Source: Rhynchobatus australiae | Lineage: Eukaryota | Direction of reading: 5' to 3' | DNA: 64,000 nt | NCBI GenBank assembly: GCA_034780895.1 | Contig: JAUZTB010000127.1 | Location: 63,010,908 to 63,074,907, forward strand | Part shown: positions 40,534 through 53,994 of the stretch, one piece after another | Position numbering within the stretch: position 1 is the first letter of the stretch | How the letters are laid out: the number at the start of each line of letters is the position of its first letter | Made by a program: the position numbers and the translations under genes | The notes under the pieces: generated by a model | What the model saw: only the letters and a program-made list of their open reading frames with translations | Databases searched by the model: none | What the model was told of the DNA's origin: nothing

Positions 40534-42231
40534 CGTTATTTGTATAATTACAATAGAACAGGAAATGTCAGTAAATAAATTACATGGTATTGCTTATATC
40601 TAAGTCATTCACTGAACTTTTGAGGAGTAATGCCTTTGATCATTCTAAACAAAGCAGGAAAAATATATTTAGACCCATTAGGTTTACAACCTGATTAAAT
40701 GGAGCAAATACAAGAAATCTTCAACCAGTTTGGTTTTCTGATTACCACCACCCTTTATTTGTTTAATTTGGGGCTTTGGCTTTATCTGCACTTGGGAAAG
40801 ATGTCCTTAATACTCGCACAGGATATTTCTGCCTCATATGTTTCACTACGCACTCCCAAATTGTCAATAGTCTGAAATGAAGTGCCAGAGTAGGGGGTGG
40901 GATAATGGCTAAAAAGGAGAAAATATGATCGTATAATCTTCCATCAGCTCATTGCCTGGTCCTAGATTTCTTTTCTCTGCAGTAAGGACATGTGTAGACT
41001 ACCTTTCCTCATTCATTTAATGTAAATATTGGAAAGAGCTGGGGTCTGGTCTCCTGCTCTCATCCCCCTTTCCACCAGAGCTAAAGCTCAAGTCCACCAG
41101 ATGGAATGTGCCGTAGGTTCAACATAATAACTGTAGATCTGTAGGCTCCTATAAATGGAGCAGAGGCTTCCTATCCCTCCATTTTGTACCAATGGTGTCA
41201 GTCTTACCTAAAGCCAAACAAATCTAACACACTGATCTGGAAGTACTGCACCAGAAAAGACATATTAAAGTGGTGCTGCATGAGAGGGTAGGGGAGCTCT
41301 AGTTTAGTGGGTATACTCCCCTGACTGACATATTTGTTTGCATACAATACTCTGCAGAGGGAAGCCCTGAGATAATGGAGTAGGGTGGGAGAAGTGACAA
41401 TGGAACCTGAAATTGGGGGATGGAGTGGGAACCAGGGGAATTGTTGGACATGTGATTGGATTGTGGGACAGTATGGGGCCTTAAGGATATCAACCAGGGG
41501 AGATATGTGGGAGAAAACCTTGAGGAAAATGCTTAAAAGGGCCTAAACAAAAGACCACAAGCACCTGATACCACAACAGCAGAATAGGTAATCTTGCTTC
41601 CCTTAAACTAATGATGAAGCAGGCCTCAAATGTACAAAGAAATGTTGCTCACATTATGTCAGGACACGTAATACAAGTTATTTAATGTTACTATGCACAC
41701 CTAGTGGCTTCCAAAATCCAGAATGAATTTACTAAATTGGCCTCTGTGTACACAAAAGACTTGATCAGGTTTAGATTTTGAATTTTAAATAATAATCTGT
41801 TTTGTGAACAAAATCATTGTGCTCTGTTTGTTTTTAAGGAAAATCTCTAATCTTTAACTGAGGGCAGTCTGCACCTTGTGAACTACTGTAAAATCGCTAG
41901 GCCCCAAGAAATGACGACTTCTAACTAAACCAGATCAAGATTATGGCATGTCAGAGCTGTGGATCAAAGTTCTAAACAACACTGCAAAGAAGAGAATCCA
42001 GCCCAATTAGTCAACTATTTTGTTGTGTTGAGATAATCCAAAAAATGCATTTGAATGTCCTGCTNNNNNNNNNNNNNNNNNNNNNNNNNNNNNNNNNNNN
42101 NNNNNNNNNNNNNNNNNNNNNNNNNNNNNNNNNNNNNNNNNNNNNNNNNNNNNNNNNNNNNNNNCCTGCTACTTTCCCAAAGGTGATTTTTTTTTTATCC
42201 CTTCATCAAAAGCTTTAAGGAAAGTGCATAA

Positions 42232-42430
42232 TGCTGGAAATACTCAGCAAGTCAGGCAGCACCCGTGGAGAGAGATACACAGTTGACATTTCAGATCGAT
42301 AACCTTTCATCAAAATAATCTGACTGAAAGGTCATCCATCTGAAAGGATAACTTTGATTTTTGTTCTCTCCGCATGTTGCCTGAGCACTTCCAGGTTTCC
42401 CCATTTTTATTCCAACAACTGCAGTATTTT
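42232..42430. mobile_element. Older fold-back Penelope-like terminal remnant
   Basis: tgctggaaatactcagcaagtcaggcagca...acctttcatca then ctgaaaggtca...ctgaaa...tgcctgagcacttccag, i.e. degenerate inverted arms of the family at 23338. Confidence 0.55.
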
Positions 42431-45411
42431 ACATTAAAAACTTTAACAATAATATGGCTTTAGCAATCCCCATTGCTGTTGGTATTCTCTGAACCACTGG
42501 AATTATTCCCTTACTGTGCACTGAGAGAGATTATCAAATCATGGTAATTCCATTTGAAGCCAGGGATGTTTAATGTATGTTGAAAGCCAGTATTTCTAGA
42601 ATGAGCTTAACTGTAGTTCAGTGCTTACATCACAATCTATCTATTAATGGTAGTAATAATTAATGTTCCAGTCTGGATTATGCTGATATGAGAGATTCAC
42701 ACTGATGAAAGCACTCAGCTGTACCTCATGTTGTAATCAGCTTTCTGACAGCCATTCCAGCATAAAACACACTACGGTGGTCATTATAACCATATTTAAC
42801 CATCGGTCAAGTGTGTGAAGATATTATCATAACACTCAGCATTTAAAAGATTGATATCAAGAAATGAATATTTAAATCCATACCTGTATTCCCAAACATT
42901 TAATCTTGTGAATCTAATTGCAAGGTGTCCTATAATTGTCATTGAAGGACAGTGTGACGTGATAAAGTGTACCTGATGTTGAACAGTATCCAAGAACAAG
43001 CAGACTTAAACATCACAATATTTGATTTAAAACAGAAACTACAGATAAGAATCAGGAGTTAGTGGTGAACTAGAACTGGACAGTAAGAATGAAGACAGGA
43101 GGAGATTGGTATAGAGTCGGTCACACCTTTGTTCAATCTGAAGGATGTGTTTACAGCTCTCCTCCATTAATCAAGCTGCCCCCATTCTCTTTCTCCATGG
43201 ATTGTGCTGCTGGACATCCACATTGTTGCATATTTTATACTAAGGGCTGAGATAACACAATTGCAGTTCTGGAAAAAATATTCAAAGCAGCCAACTATAG
43301 GAAAATCTTGCAAAGAATCTCATCTTAATTGGGGATTGACAGCATGAGCCCAAAGAATTTTGATGTCTTTGGTATATTTTGCTATATTAAAGGGGTTATA
43401 TAACTGCAAGCAGGTGCCCAGATTGAGTTAATTTTGGTTCTACCTGTTTGATACAAAATACAGGTGTGAATATGCCATTAAATCTGTTTTGTATTAATGG
43501 ACAAAAATGGGGGGGGGGCGGGTCAGAGTTATGCATGGAACAGATTGCCATCTTTAAACTCTTGTGAATTTTAACTACAGTAAGCATGTTGTGTAATATA
43601 GAAGCAAAAAGTAAGCAACAAGTCTATATTTATTCAATGTCTAGATCTAAGTTACTGAAAGAGATTGATGTGGATGGGGCACTATTTTTGCTTGGAGTTC
43701 TACATGAGATTTGAGTAGGTTGGTAGAAGTATCCTGAATTTCCTGACACAGATATATGATACATGTGGGTATTATAAGTATATTGAACTTTGTTACTTTG
43801 AAGATAAAAGGCCAGATTTCTTGTCAAAATGTTTCAGGCTAATGATCCTCACCATTATTTATACATAAACGGTAGGGCAACTTCAAGCAAGGAGCAGAGG
43901 TACCATTTGGCACAAATATGCTAAATTTGATGTCCAATTTGTCATTAGTTTTGTGAAAATGGCAACTTAGTCCCTGATAATAGCTAGACACTGTGGTTGC
44001 CTTAAGATGCAAACTAAACCTACCACTATTNNNNNNNNNNNNNNNNNNNNNNNNNNNNNNNNNNNNNNNNNNNNNNNNNNNNNNNNNNNNNNNNNNNNNN
44101 NNNNNNNNNNNNNNNNNNNNNNNNNNNNNNAACTAAACCTACCACTATTAAGGCTAATATTGCCAATGTAAATATATTTAAAGAGCCAGGAATTAATGGC
44201 TACCAATCACTCCAACTGTGAAACAAATGAAATGTGAAGTCCTATTTATTCAGTATGTGAATTTTTAAAAAAAAATTTGGTGTAGGAATTTGATTACATA
44301 GTGATTTATTTTTACACAATTGAAAATGTCTGGAATGAAGCACAGTAGCAACCATTTCAGGAAGAATCACCGCATATTTAACATGATATTGGGTGATGCC
44401 ATTCTCTGTACAACACACAGTCTGAGAGAAATTAGATAAGATTTTCCCGAAAACAACTATAATTGGTCACTCCGGGACAGCCATGTTTTCATAGTGTAGT
44501 TCTGTACTGGGACCCTACTGAGGTAAATTCTGTCCTTAAATACTTCAGATTGTGCCCTCACACCCTTCCCGCACCCCCCAAATTGGCTACCTCCTGATGA
44601 GCAAAGCACTCCCAATCAGGTCCTCAAGCTGCTGCCTTGCTTTCTTTTCTCCCTTGCACAAATCCCATGGCCATGATCCTAGTCCCACACACTGTGCTCT
44701 CCTTCACTGAAGAACTATGATGATAAATCAGTGGTGTCTGAATTTCCAGTAGCAGATTCATAGTCAAAATGGTCATTGGTGCAACCCCAAAATGACTATA
44801 TACCCAATCCATTTTATTATGTAAGTTCTACAAACAAAAACAAATTCACTCCTTCAATCCAATATTTCTTTCTCTCTCTTTCTTTCTGTAGCTAATTTGA
44901 CATTGAATTCACTTAAATTTGCCCTTCTTCTCGGTGCTTCTGCTGTTTATTTCCCAGTCCTTGTACCTTACTGGTCAATGAGATAACCTGTTCATTTCTC
45001 TTTTTTCACTTAAATCCCTGATGCACAGTTTAATTTTGCTGCACTGCTTTTCAGCCTGCTTTACCAGCAACTTTGTGGGTCAAATATTTTATTTTGAACT
45101 AAAGGGTGCGAAAGCAACTACAAGCAATGGTTGGCAATGTTACATACTCTGCTGCAGCAAAATTTGCCTCATTATATCGTTTAAGGTAAAGGAAATACCC
45201 AATGTTTTCCACTACCATGCTCACTGGCACAGGTAAATGACCTCACTGTATTCTAAAGCTATATCTTCATGAGCTTCCAATGCCCATAATTTAAAAATAA
45301 TCTTTAATTTTACACACTTCTGAATTGAGGATTACCTACATCATTACTTTATTATTGAAGTTATCCTCAGTTACTATCCTTAAGTCAAGTTAATGCAGGG
45401 TCATTAAGGTT

Positions 45412-45742
45412 ACGACACAAAGAGACCATTTGGCCTAGTGTCCATGCTAGCTCCATNNNNNNNNNNNNNNNNNNNNNNNNNNNNNNNNNNNNNNNNNNNN
45501 NNNNNNNNNNNNNNNNNNNNNNNNNNNNNNNNNNNNNNNNNNNNNNNNNNNNNNNNATGTGGCCTAGTGTCCATGCTAGCTCCATGCAAAAGCAATCCAA
45601 TAAGTGCCACTCCCTGCCCTCTTCCCATACCACTCACTGCAAATTATTTTCCTTTCATGCACCTGTCCAGCTCCCTTATGAATGCACAATTGAGTCTGCC
45701 TCCACTACTACCCCTGGCAGTGCTCTGTAGATCTTAATACTC
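45412..45742 (-). mobile_element. CR1-type LINE 3' end remnant
   Basis: gagaccatttggcctagtgtccatgctagctc...tctgcctccactactacccctggcagtg. Confidence 0.65.
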
Positions 45743-48700
45743 ACTATTTCTTTTTAAACAATCCTAGCATCATTAGTGAAACTTGTAATAAATCAGATTT
45801 AACTCCTATTTATGAGTTAATTTGCCATTTTCTTCTGCAAGTTGCAATGAACCTGAATTAGCAGCGAACAAACTCTACTCTAAGAGGAATCAAGTTGGAA
45901 AAGAGACTTACCCTTGCATTTCAGCAGCAGGCCATCAACGCAAGTCAGAAAAATTAATTGACAGTTATCAAGATTCATCACACTGTTTCAAGGGTACTCA
46001 ATCTGGAATGAAGAATTCCAAACTTCTATGTTGGGTTCAGTTTGTGTACACCAGCAATTTTATATCACTCACTATTTCAAATGGGAAGTTTTTCAGTAGG
46101 TTAATATTATAGTGCACTTTCTGGAGAAGCAAGGCAACTCGGCTCAAGCATAAATAATGGTGAGACCTGTTCGCCTTACTATAGAATCTACTGCAAAATC
46201 CAGCCCAATGATGCAGCACTCTTGAGGTAAGGTTAGTGACATGTGTATGAAGCTGAAGAGTGTTTTACTGGGAAGCACTGAAATCATCCAATTCAAAATC
46301 AACAACANNNNNNNNNNNNNNNNNNNNNNNNNNNNNNNNNNNNNNNNNNNNNNNNNNNNNNNNNNNNNNNNNNNNNNNNNNNNNNNNNNNNNNNNNNNNN
46401 NNNNNNNNNNNNNNNNNNNNNNNNNNNNNNNNNNNNNNNNNNNNNNNNNNNNNNNNNNNNNNNNNNNNNNNNNNNNNNNNNNNNNNNNNNNNNNNNNNNN
46501 NNNNNNNNNNNNNNNNNNNNNNNNNNNNNNNNNNNNNNNNNNNNNNNNNNNNNNNNNNNNNNNNNNNNNNNNNNNNNNNNNNNNNNNNNNNNNNNNNNNN
46601 NNNNNNNNNNNNNNNNNNNNNNNNNNNNNNNNNNNNNNNNNNNNNNNNNNNAGAAATTCAAACAAACATGTTCTTGCCCAGAGGGTTTCAGGTGCAACTT
46701 TTACTTTGGCTCAGTTGCAAGCTCTGGCTTACTGTAATGAAGGTGTTTGCATCAAGCTGAACCAACAGTGTAACATTCCATTGGCAATTGCAATTAAGTA
46801 CTTTATATCCAAACATAAATTGCTGCACATGCATGGGCTTAAATTATTCAGAAATATTGCCTTATTGCCTGCCAAGGTAATCAAATACAATTCTGGCCAT
46901 TTCTCTCAAGTTACTCATTTGTGAACAGTGGTCTGGTGACTTTGTGACGGTGTTCATTGTCAGCTTTCTCAAAGGTTGGGTGATGCATGGAGTATTGCAA
47001 TTGTATAGAAATGTATCTATATTAAGTGCAGTTTATTAAATGGAAAGTTATACTCTCTGAGGAAATTGCTCGGAACCCATGGAATTACTTTTGACCAATG
47101 ATGTGCATTGCACTAAGAAATTGTCAGATTTTACTGCCATTTATCTTCAAATCTGATTTATATCCAACTTCCTCTTCAAGAATAAGACCATTAAAAGTGT
47201 AGTGCTGACATTTGCTGATATCGTAGTCTATTGTTTAAAGAGGAAAATGCCCCTTAAATTTAATGTGGGAAACCTTTCCCTTTCACATACGTTGCTTTTG
47301 CTCCATAAGCATGATATCTCCATGTCCAGTCAATGTGTTTCAGGATTACCTTTAGAAAATAAAAACCTCTTGTTATGTTGTAGTGAGAATTCATCAGACA
47401 ACTCTGCAAAAGTAATTAGTATGATGACCCATTTGCAGCCAGATAAACAGCCCCTTGGGCACTGATAGGANNNNNNNNNNNNNNNNNNNNNNNNNNNNNN
47501 NNNNNNNNNNNNNNNNNNNNNNNNNNNNNNNNNNNNNNNNNNNNNNNNNNNNNNNNNNNNNNNNNNNNNNNNNNNNNNNNNNNNNNNNNNNNNNNNNNNN
47601 NNNNNNNNNNNNNNNNNNNNNNNNNNNNNNNNNNNNNNNNNNNNNNNNNNNNNNNNNNNNNNNNNNNNNNNNNNNNNNNNNNNNNNNNNNNNNNNNNNNN
47701 NNNNNNNNNNNNNNNNNNNNNNNNNNNNNNNNNNNNNNNNNNNNNNNNNNNNNNNNNNNNNNNNNNNNNNNNNNNNNNNNNNNNNNNNNNNNNNNNNNNN
47801 NNNNNNNNNNNNNNNNNNNNNNNNNNNNNNNNNNNNNNNNNNNNNNNNNNNNNNNNNNNNNNNNNNNNNNNNNNNNNNNNNGATGAAATACAACTGAGAA
47901 TATTGATAATTTTCTGTAACTGGTGAAGAATGAAGATGAATGAGGAGGCGGAAGGAAAAGCAATTAGTTCACCAGCCTTTACAGCTGTGTTCTTGGACTG
48001 GCTCCCCTGGCCTTCTGCATCCAATATACAACCAAAAAGAACTCGTGCATTGTTTATAAACTACAAAGATGTTCTGCATTCAGATGCACAAAATTTCTAA
48101 TTTTAATATTCATTGAGTAGTTTTCTTTTTCCGCTGTGATTATCTGAATATGGCATTCTGCTGAGATGCTCCTCTCTCTCATTTAAATCTAATATTTTAA
48201 ATATTTACATTTCTGCCCCTTTTCATATGTTTTACTTTGAAAGGGATTTGAATGTGATACATTATAGTGATTTCTTTTCTCTCCTGTATCATTCTACCAT
48301 GTTAGCCTTTCATACCTACTGGTTCATATATCCACATCCTATCTATTGTATCTGTAACGCATCGGCAAAGCAGGTTTGTTGTTAGCCACTTAGACAATCC
48401 TTCAGGAGGTGCGCTTGAAAGAAGTTCCACTTCACATTCACTGCTCTGTAGTGCTGGTAAAAGTTACAGAGATGTGGAGGATGGATGAGGAACACAATTT
48501 GTTATTGCTAATTACACACGAGAGGTAAAAGTATGATGAAGGAGAAATATTAAGTCAATATCAATAATATTCTTAGTTAAGCTAGTTAAGAATTTTCAAA
48601 TCAGATGACCCCTGTATGGATGTCAATATGTCCCTGTATGATACATTGACATCCATCAATATGGTGCAACTCCAACAGATGCTTGTACTTTTTTTAATTA

Positions 48701-51032
48701 TAGAAATTCCATAGTCCATGATTTAGCAAATTACCCAAATTATCAATGAAATTATTTGGACATGTAAGCTGTATTTGGGAAAAATTACCCAACAACTACC
48801 ATATTGTATTTACACACCTTGAGAGGATAACTAAAATAATAATCTAGGTGATATACAGTACATTCAGAGCACATCAAGCAACGCTATGCCAAGGAAGAGT
48901 AAAGGTTGTGGTGGAAGCAGAACAATTCTTAAATAAAGCTTATTGAAGTACTAAGAGAGGGGCCCTAAAAAAAATAGAAGGTTGGCTTTCTTCTGTGGTG
49001 ACCTCTGTATGTCTGGCAATCTAATCATTATCTTCCCATTCTTCCGTTGCTTTCAGTTTTCCTTGATGAATTGCCTCCAATTGGAACCCTTCTACTTGAC
49101 TCCATCCCTCTCTCGTCTTTCCTCCTTTCTATGTAACTTGCTGTTCTCCAGTTATTCCTTTTTCTTATTTTTCAAATATAGACTTCCCACTCTGTATTCC
49201 TGCCATGCCCTGTATTCTCACATTATTTCCTTTCTACTCTCAAAGATGCTTTGTTTTTTTTAAAAGGAGGAAGCACACCTTTTTTTTCTCTCCAAAAGCA
49301 GGAAGCTGTGGTGTTAATGCAATGCTTAGAGAAAGTTAGCTCCAGCATTTGAGGCAGGCTAAACAAGAATTTGGATTGCAGTCATCTCCGTGACTGGATG
49401 GTCATTTTATTAGTTTTCTGTAGGTGAGGCTGCAACCCTGATAATTTATGGCACATCTAAATGGTGTTACTAACAAATAGTGACACCCCTGTGAAATTGT
49501 GGGCAGGTAGAAAAGGTGTAGGGAGCTGGCATTCAGAAAATGGGAAGCACTAGGGTGGAAGGGAAATTTTAAATGGATTAAACCGAAATAGAAGCATTGC
49601 AATATTGAGCTTTAGCCCCCTTGAACTTGTAGCCTAATATTATAATATTTATTTAACAGAGAGACTTTTAAGTTTATTTTAACTGCTGTTGCTTAATTCA
49701 TGAGCCTCCTGAAGTTAAGAGTCTGCTTATTCTACCCTTGAGTGTCAATGACATTTGCATCTCCAATGAAGCTGGTCTTGGTAACATTCCTGTTCATAAA
49801 TGCTCCATGTCAAATACCAATGACATCTCAATCACTAAATCAACTTATTAAATTCTCAGATGTATAATGAGCATATATGAATTTCTTGCAGCTCTTGTTC
49901 ATAAATAGCAGTACCCTCAAATTTTAGAAGCAAACCAATAGGTATGCTATATACAGGTAAAATTATTTTCTATAATGTATGTTGTCTGTCAATTTATAAT
50001 CCCTTTTTAACATATGAGGCAATACCATTTTCCTACTGTTGTAATGGCTTTCAGGTTACCTCTTCCTATTGATTTTGTGTATGGATTCTTTAGAACAGGA
50101 AAGGAAGTTAAAGCTTTCAGACTTGGATCTAAGGAGTCTGCCATCCTATAAGAGACAAAGAAGGCTTAATCAGGGTTTTGATTCCTTGTGGAAGACGAGG
50201 CACTCTGTCAATGCGATATTCCAGCAGTCGCTGGAGTTTCATTGTTTTTCTAATGCATTATTGAGNNNNNNNNNNNNNNNNNNNNNNNNNNNNNNNNNNN
50301 NNNNNNNNNNNNNNNNNNNNNNNNNNNNNNNNNNNNNNNNNNNNNNNNNNNNNNNNNNNNNNNNNNNNNNNNNNNNNNNNNNNNNNNNNNNNNNNNNNNN
50401 NNNNNNNNNNNNNNNNNNNNNNNNNNNNNNNNNNNNNNNNNNNNNNNNNNNNNNNNNNNNNNNNNNNNNNNNNNNNNNNNNNNNNNNNNNNNNNNNNNNN
50501 NNNNNNNNNNNNNNNNNNNNNNNNNNNNNNNNNNNNNNNNNNNNNNNNNNNNNNNNNNNNNNNNNNNNNNNNNNNNNNNNNNNNNNNNNNNNNNNNNNNN
50601 NNNNNNNNNNNNNNNNNNNGGTTTAAAATCTAGATCCTTGGTTCAAATTCAGTCACGTCCAATTGAACCCCTTGCACTGAATAGCACCAAACTTTTTCTA
50701 ACAATGTCACACCAAGGATATAAGAAAAAGGGGGAGCTATTGCATGAAGTGGCCTTCTCCTGTGTAGATGGAACAATATTCTGCATCTGTGAATACCTGA
50801 TACAAATACTAGCACCAGGGTAACAGTAATATCCCTTGATGAGGGCGGAAACAACTTCGCAACGTATGGTCTGAAATGCCTGGATGAGAGATATGGTCAT
50901 GAAGTCTTGTGCCTTATTACACCACAAAAAATGGGTGTTGGTTGTGATAAGACCATACTCCAATCATTTTGTTAAAAGGAGGACTTTGTTAGAGTTCTCT
51001 TTCCCCATTCCCTCCTTGCTGACGGAGGCTGT

Positions 51033-51100
51033 TGATACTTCTAAACAACTTCACTGCCAGTCTACTCTCATTCTGGCAGTGAAGTTGTTCAGAAGGATCA
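51033..51100 (-). ncRNA. Candidate intronic pre-miRNA-like hairpin
   Basis: 28-bp stem (tgatacttctaaacaacttcactgccag / ctggcagtgaagttgttcagaaggatca) with a 12-nt loop. 17 bp are perfect, and one of the 2 mismatches becomes G-U on the minus strand. The hairpin is certain; miRNA status is unproven. Confidence 0.35.
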
Positions 51101-51578
51101 GATTTTCTCTCTCTGGGATGTGGAACAGAGTTTTTGCCAAGTTCAAAATGGAAGTCTACCAAAGTCACATCCAAAGCTTCCAGGGCAATGGAGAAGTGGC
51201 ATATGTACTGATGAGCATTAATGCCGTTTTGCCTTAGTGTGAGCTGGAGGGTCATTAGACACTGACATCCCACAGGAAAGCTGTTCATTCTTATTGGAAA
51301 GCTATGAAGATAGCATTCCTCTTATTGTTTGCCCTTCCAGTGCCTTGTACTTTGAGTTGGTCACTTGCTACCTATTGTGTCTCACTTGGAACAATAATAG
51401 CAATGCCAAAGCATCTGAGATCCTGGGCTACATTAACCAAACAGGCTTCAGTTCTTTAGCTGTTGGGACTGTCCGTGAGGTTTCCAACATTGAAGGGCAT
51501 GAACTTCATACTGAGGAACAGAAGTTCACCATGGCTGACTTCTTTTAAAGTTGAATGGCCATTGTACATGAGTTATGA

Positions 51579-51640
51579 CTCAGGCCGGTCGACCCTAAGA
51601 CCTTGCAACAGAGCAAGGTCTTAAAGTCGACCTAACTGAA
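51579..51640 (-). ncRNA. Second candidate intronic hairpin RNA
   Basis: ggtcgac-cc-taagaccttgc-aacaga-gcaaggtctta-aa-gtcgacc. The cc/aa internal loop becomes two G-U pairs on the minus strand, giving a continuous 20-bp stem plus an imperfect basal extension. Confidence 0.3.
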
Positions 51641-53994
51641 TAAAGGCANNNNNNNNNNNNNNNNNNNNNNNNNNNNNNNNNNNNNNNNNNNNNNNNNNNN
51701 NNNNNNNNNNNNNNNNNNNNNNNNNNNNNNNNNNNNNNNNNNNNNNNNNNNNNNNNNNNNNNNNNNNNNNNNNNNNNNNNNNNNNNNNNNNNNNNNNNNN
51801 NNNNNNNNNNNNNNNNNNNNNNNNNNNNNNNNNNNNNNNNNNNNNNNNNNNNNNNNNNNNNNNNNNNNNNNNNNNNNNNNNNNNNNNNNNNNNNNNNNNN
51901 NNNNNNNNNNNNNNNNNNNNNNNNNNNNNNNNNNNNNNNNNNNNNNNNNNNNNNNNNNNNNNNNNNNNNNNNNNNNNNNNNNNNNNNNNNNNNNNNNNNN
52001 NNNNNNNNNNNNNNNNNNNNNNNNNNNNNNNNNNNNNNNNNNNNNNNNNNNNNNNNNNNNNNNNNNNNNNNNNNNNNNNNNNNNNNNNNNNNNNNNNNNN
52101 NNNNNNNNNNNNNNNNNNNNNNNNNNNNNNNNNNNNNNNNNNNNNNNNNNNNNNNNNNNNNNNNNNNNNNNNNNNNNNNNNNNNNNNNNNNNNNNNNNNN
52201 NNNNNNNNNNNNNNNNNNNNNNNNATAGAGAAACAATTGTTCATCAGGACTTATGTAGAAGGGAAAAAGCAATTAAATTCAAAATACGTTGCAAAAATGA
52301 AATTCCTTCAAATTCTCCAATAAAGTGGCTTGTTCACAATAATAATTACTGGGCTCACTTTGATCATACATACAAAAAACAACCTTGGGACAAAAAGACT
52401 CATTTCCCCTTTGATATAGCATGTTTATGGATATTTTCTGCACGTCTGATCAAAGAGCCAGGTCAAACTACATTTCCTTGTGTTGTTAATCAATTTGAAA
52501 TTTATGAGGGGGTAAAATATGCTTAACATACAGCAGTCACTGTAGTCCTATATACAGTTTCATGATCAAATAAAGGGAATAAATGCACAAATGGTTACAC
52601 TGTTGCTTTTCACAGAAGCAAACTGGTGTGTAGACTATCAGTTGTACTTATTCTAAAATAGGGTTACCATTTGTCCTACCCTCTGGCTAAGAAAAAATAA
52701 TGAAAAGTGTCTTAAATGTACAGATTGAAAAGCTTATTAAGAGCCAAAATCATTCTAAGGCTTTCTCTTTGTAAGCTGTGTGATTCTAGGAATTTCAGCA
52801 GTGCAAGACAAAGTTTAAGCCCATTTTTGCCTCTGAAATTCCAGGTTGCTGTGATGTATGATTGACAACCATTAATTTTAGATGGATATAAAAGCACATT
52901 GTTATTGAACACTTACAATACAATCCCAACATCAGCTTCAGTTTTCTTCTCCTCTTAGCTCCCAGCTCATTCAACAAGTATGACTCACAGCACCCTGTTG
53001 CTCACCTTTGCAATGCCCATTCTATTCTTGCTTTCATCTCTCGGTCTCTCCATAATATTCTGATAATATTCTAATCCATCCTCAACAAGAACTGCAGAAA
53101 CAGGATCTCACCTTTGTCCAGAGCACACTGCCCTGAACAGTGACTCTACTGATGTCACTGAAGACCCTAATTATATACTCAATTTTCTTTCCAACAACGC
53201 TACAGGTGATGGAGGAAAGGGTGGTCATCAGTTTCCTCAGTGGTAAGTACGGTGTTNNNNNNNNNNCAGTGGCACTGAGTTAAACAGCAGTACATGACAT
53301 AATTTCTTAGCAATAGAAATTCCCTTTTAATTAATAACAATTCTACTTCAAATGTTACTTTTTAATGAGCCCCATTTAAAAGATGATTAGTTACAAGTGA
53401 TAGACAGTGGTGCTAAAATTCCAACACTTCTAAATCTATCATGGAAACAAATAAAAATACTTCTGATTTTGATGGATTGAAATTGCACTCCACTTGTAAA
53501 TTATAAGGGGTTTCCAATGCAAGGGGAAAACATGCCTTGCTGCGTTCACCATGACTATTCATTGTTATAAAATGCTGCGGTCTGACTGTGACATATGGAC
53601 CTTCACTGCACACAAGACTGTCAAGATCCCATTAAAAATCTAGTTGTAGATAGAAAGTTGAGGGTAGGTATTTTCCTTTGGGGAGAGATGTGTTAAACAC
53701 TTCTGATAGATGGCATCAATTTAGCTGTGTTACTAACAACTAAGGGTATTGTTTTGCAAATCATCTCTGGTGCTAGGAAAGGTGTATCTGAATACTGGTC
53801 TGATGCAGAAAATTGTATGCATCTATTTGCATAGTTGATCCCAGCACAGACTGTATCAGATTCTTTGGTCTAGTAGAGGGAGTTAAGGCATTCTTGGTCT
53901 GGTATGGATATGTTGCAAAAGTAGCTTTCAAATCAAAATAAAAGATGCCACCTCTTCATCCCGGAAATGACCNNNNNNNNNNGTGGAACTTTGT

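Noticed and set aside
51208-51232. CTGATGA followed by a small palindrome (gcattaatgc), hammerhead-like
   Set aside because: Lacks the essential GAAA after stem II (reads cgtttt) and has no stem I/III.
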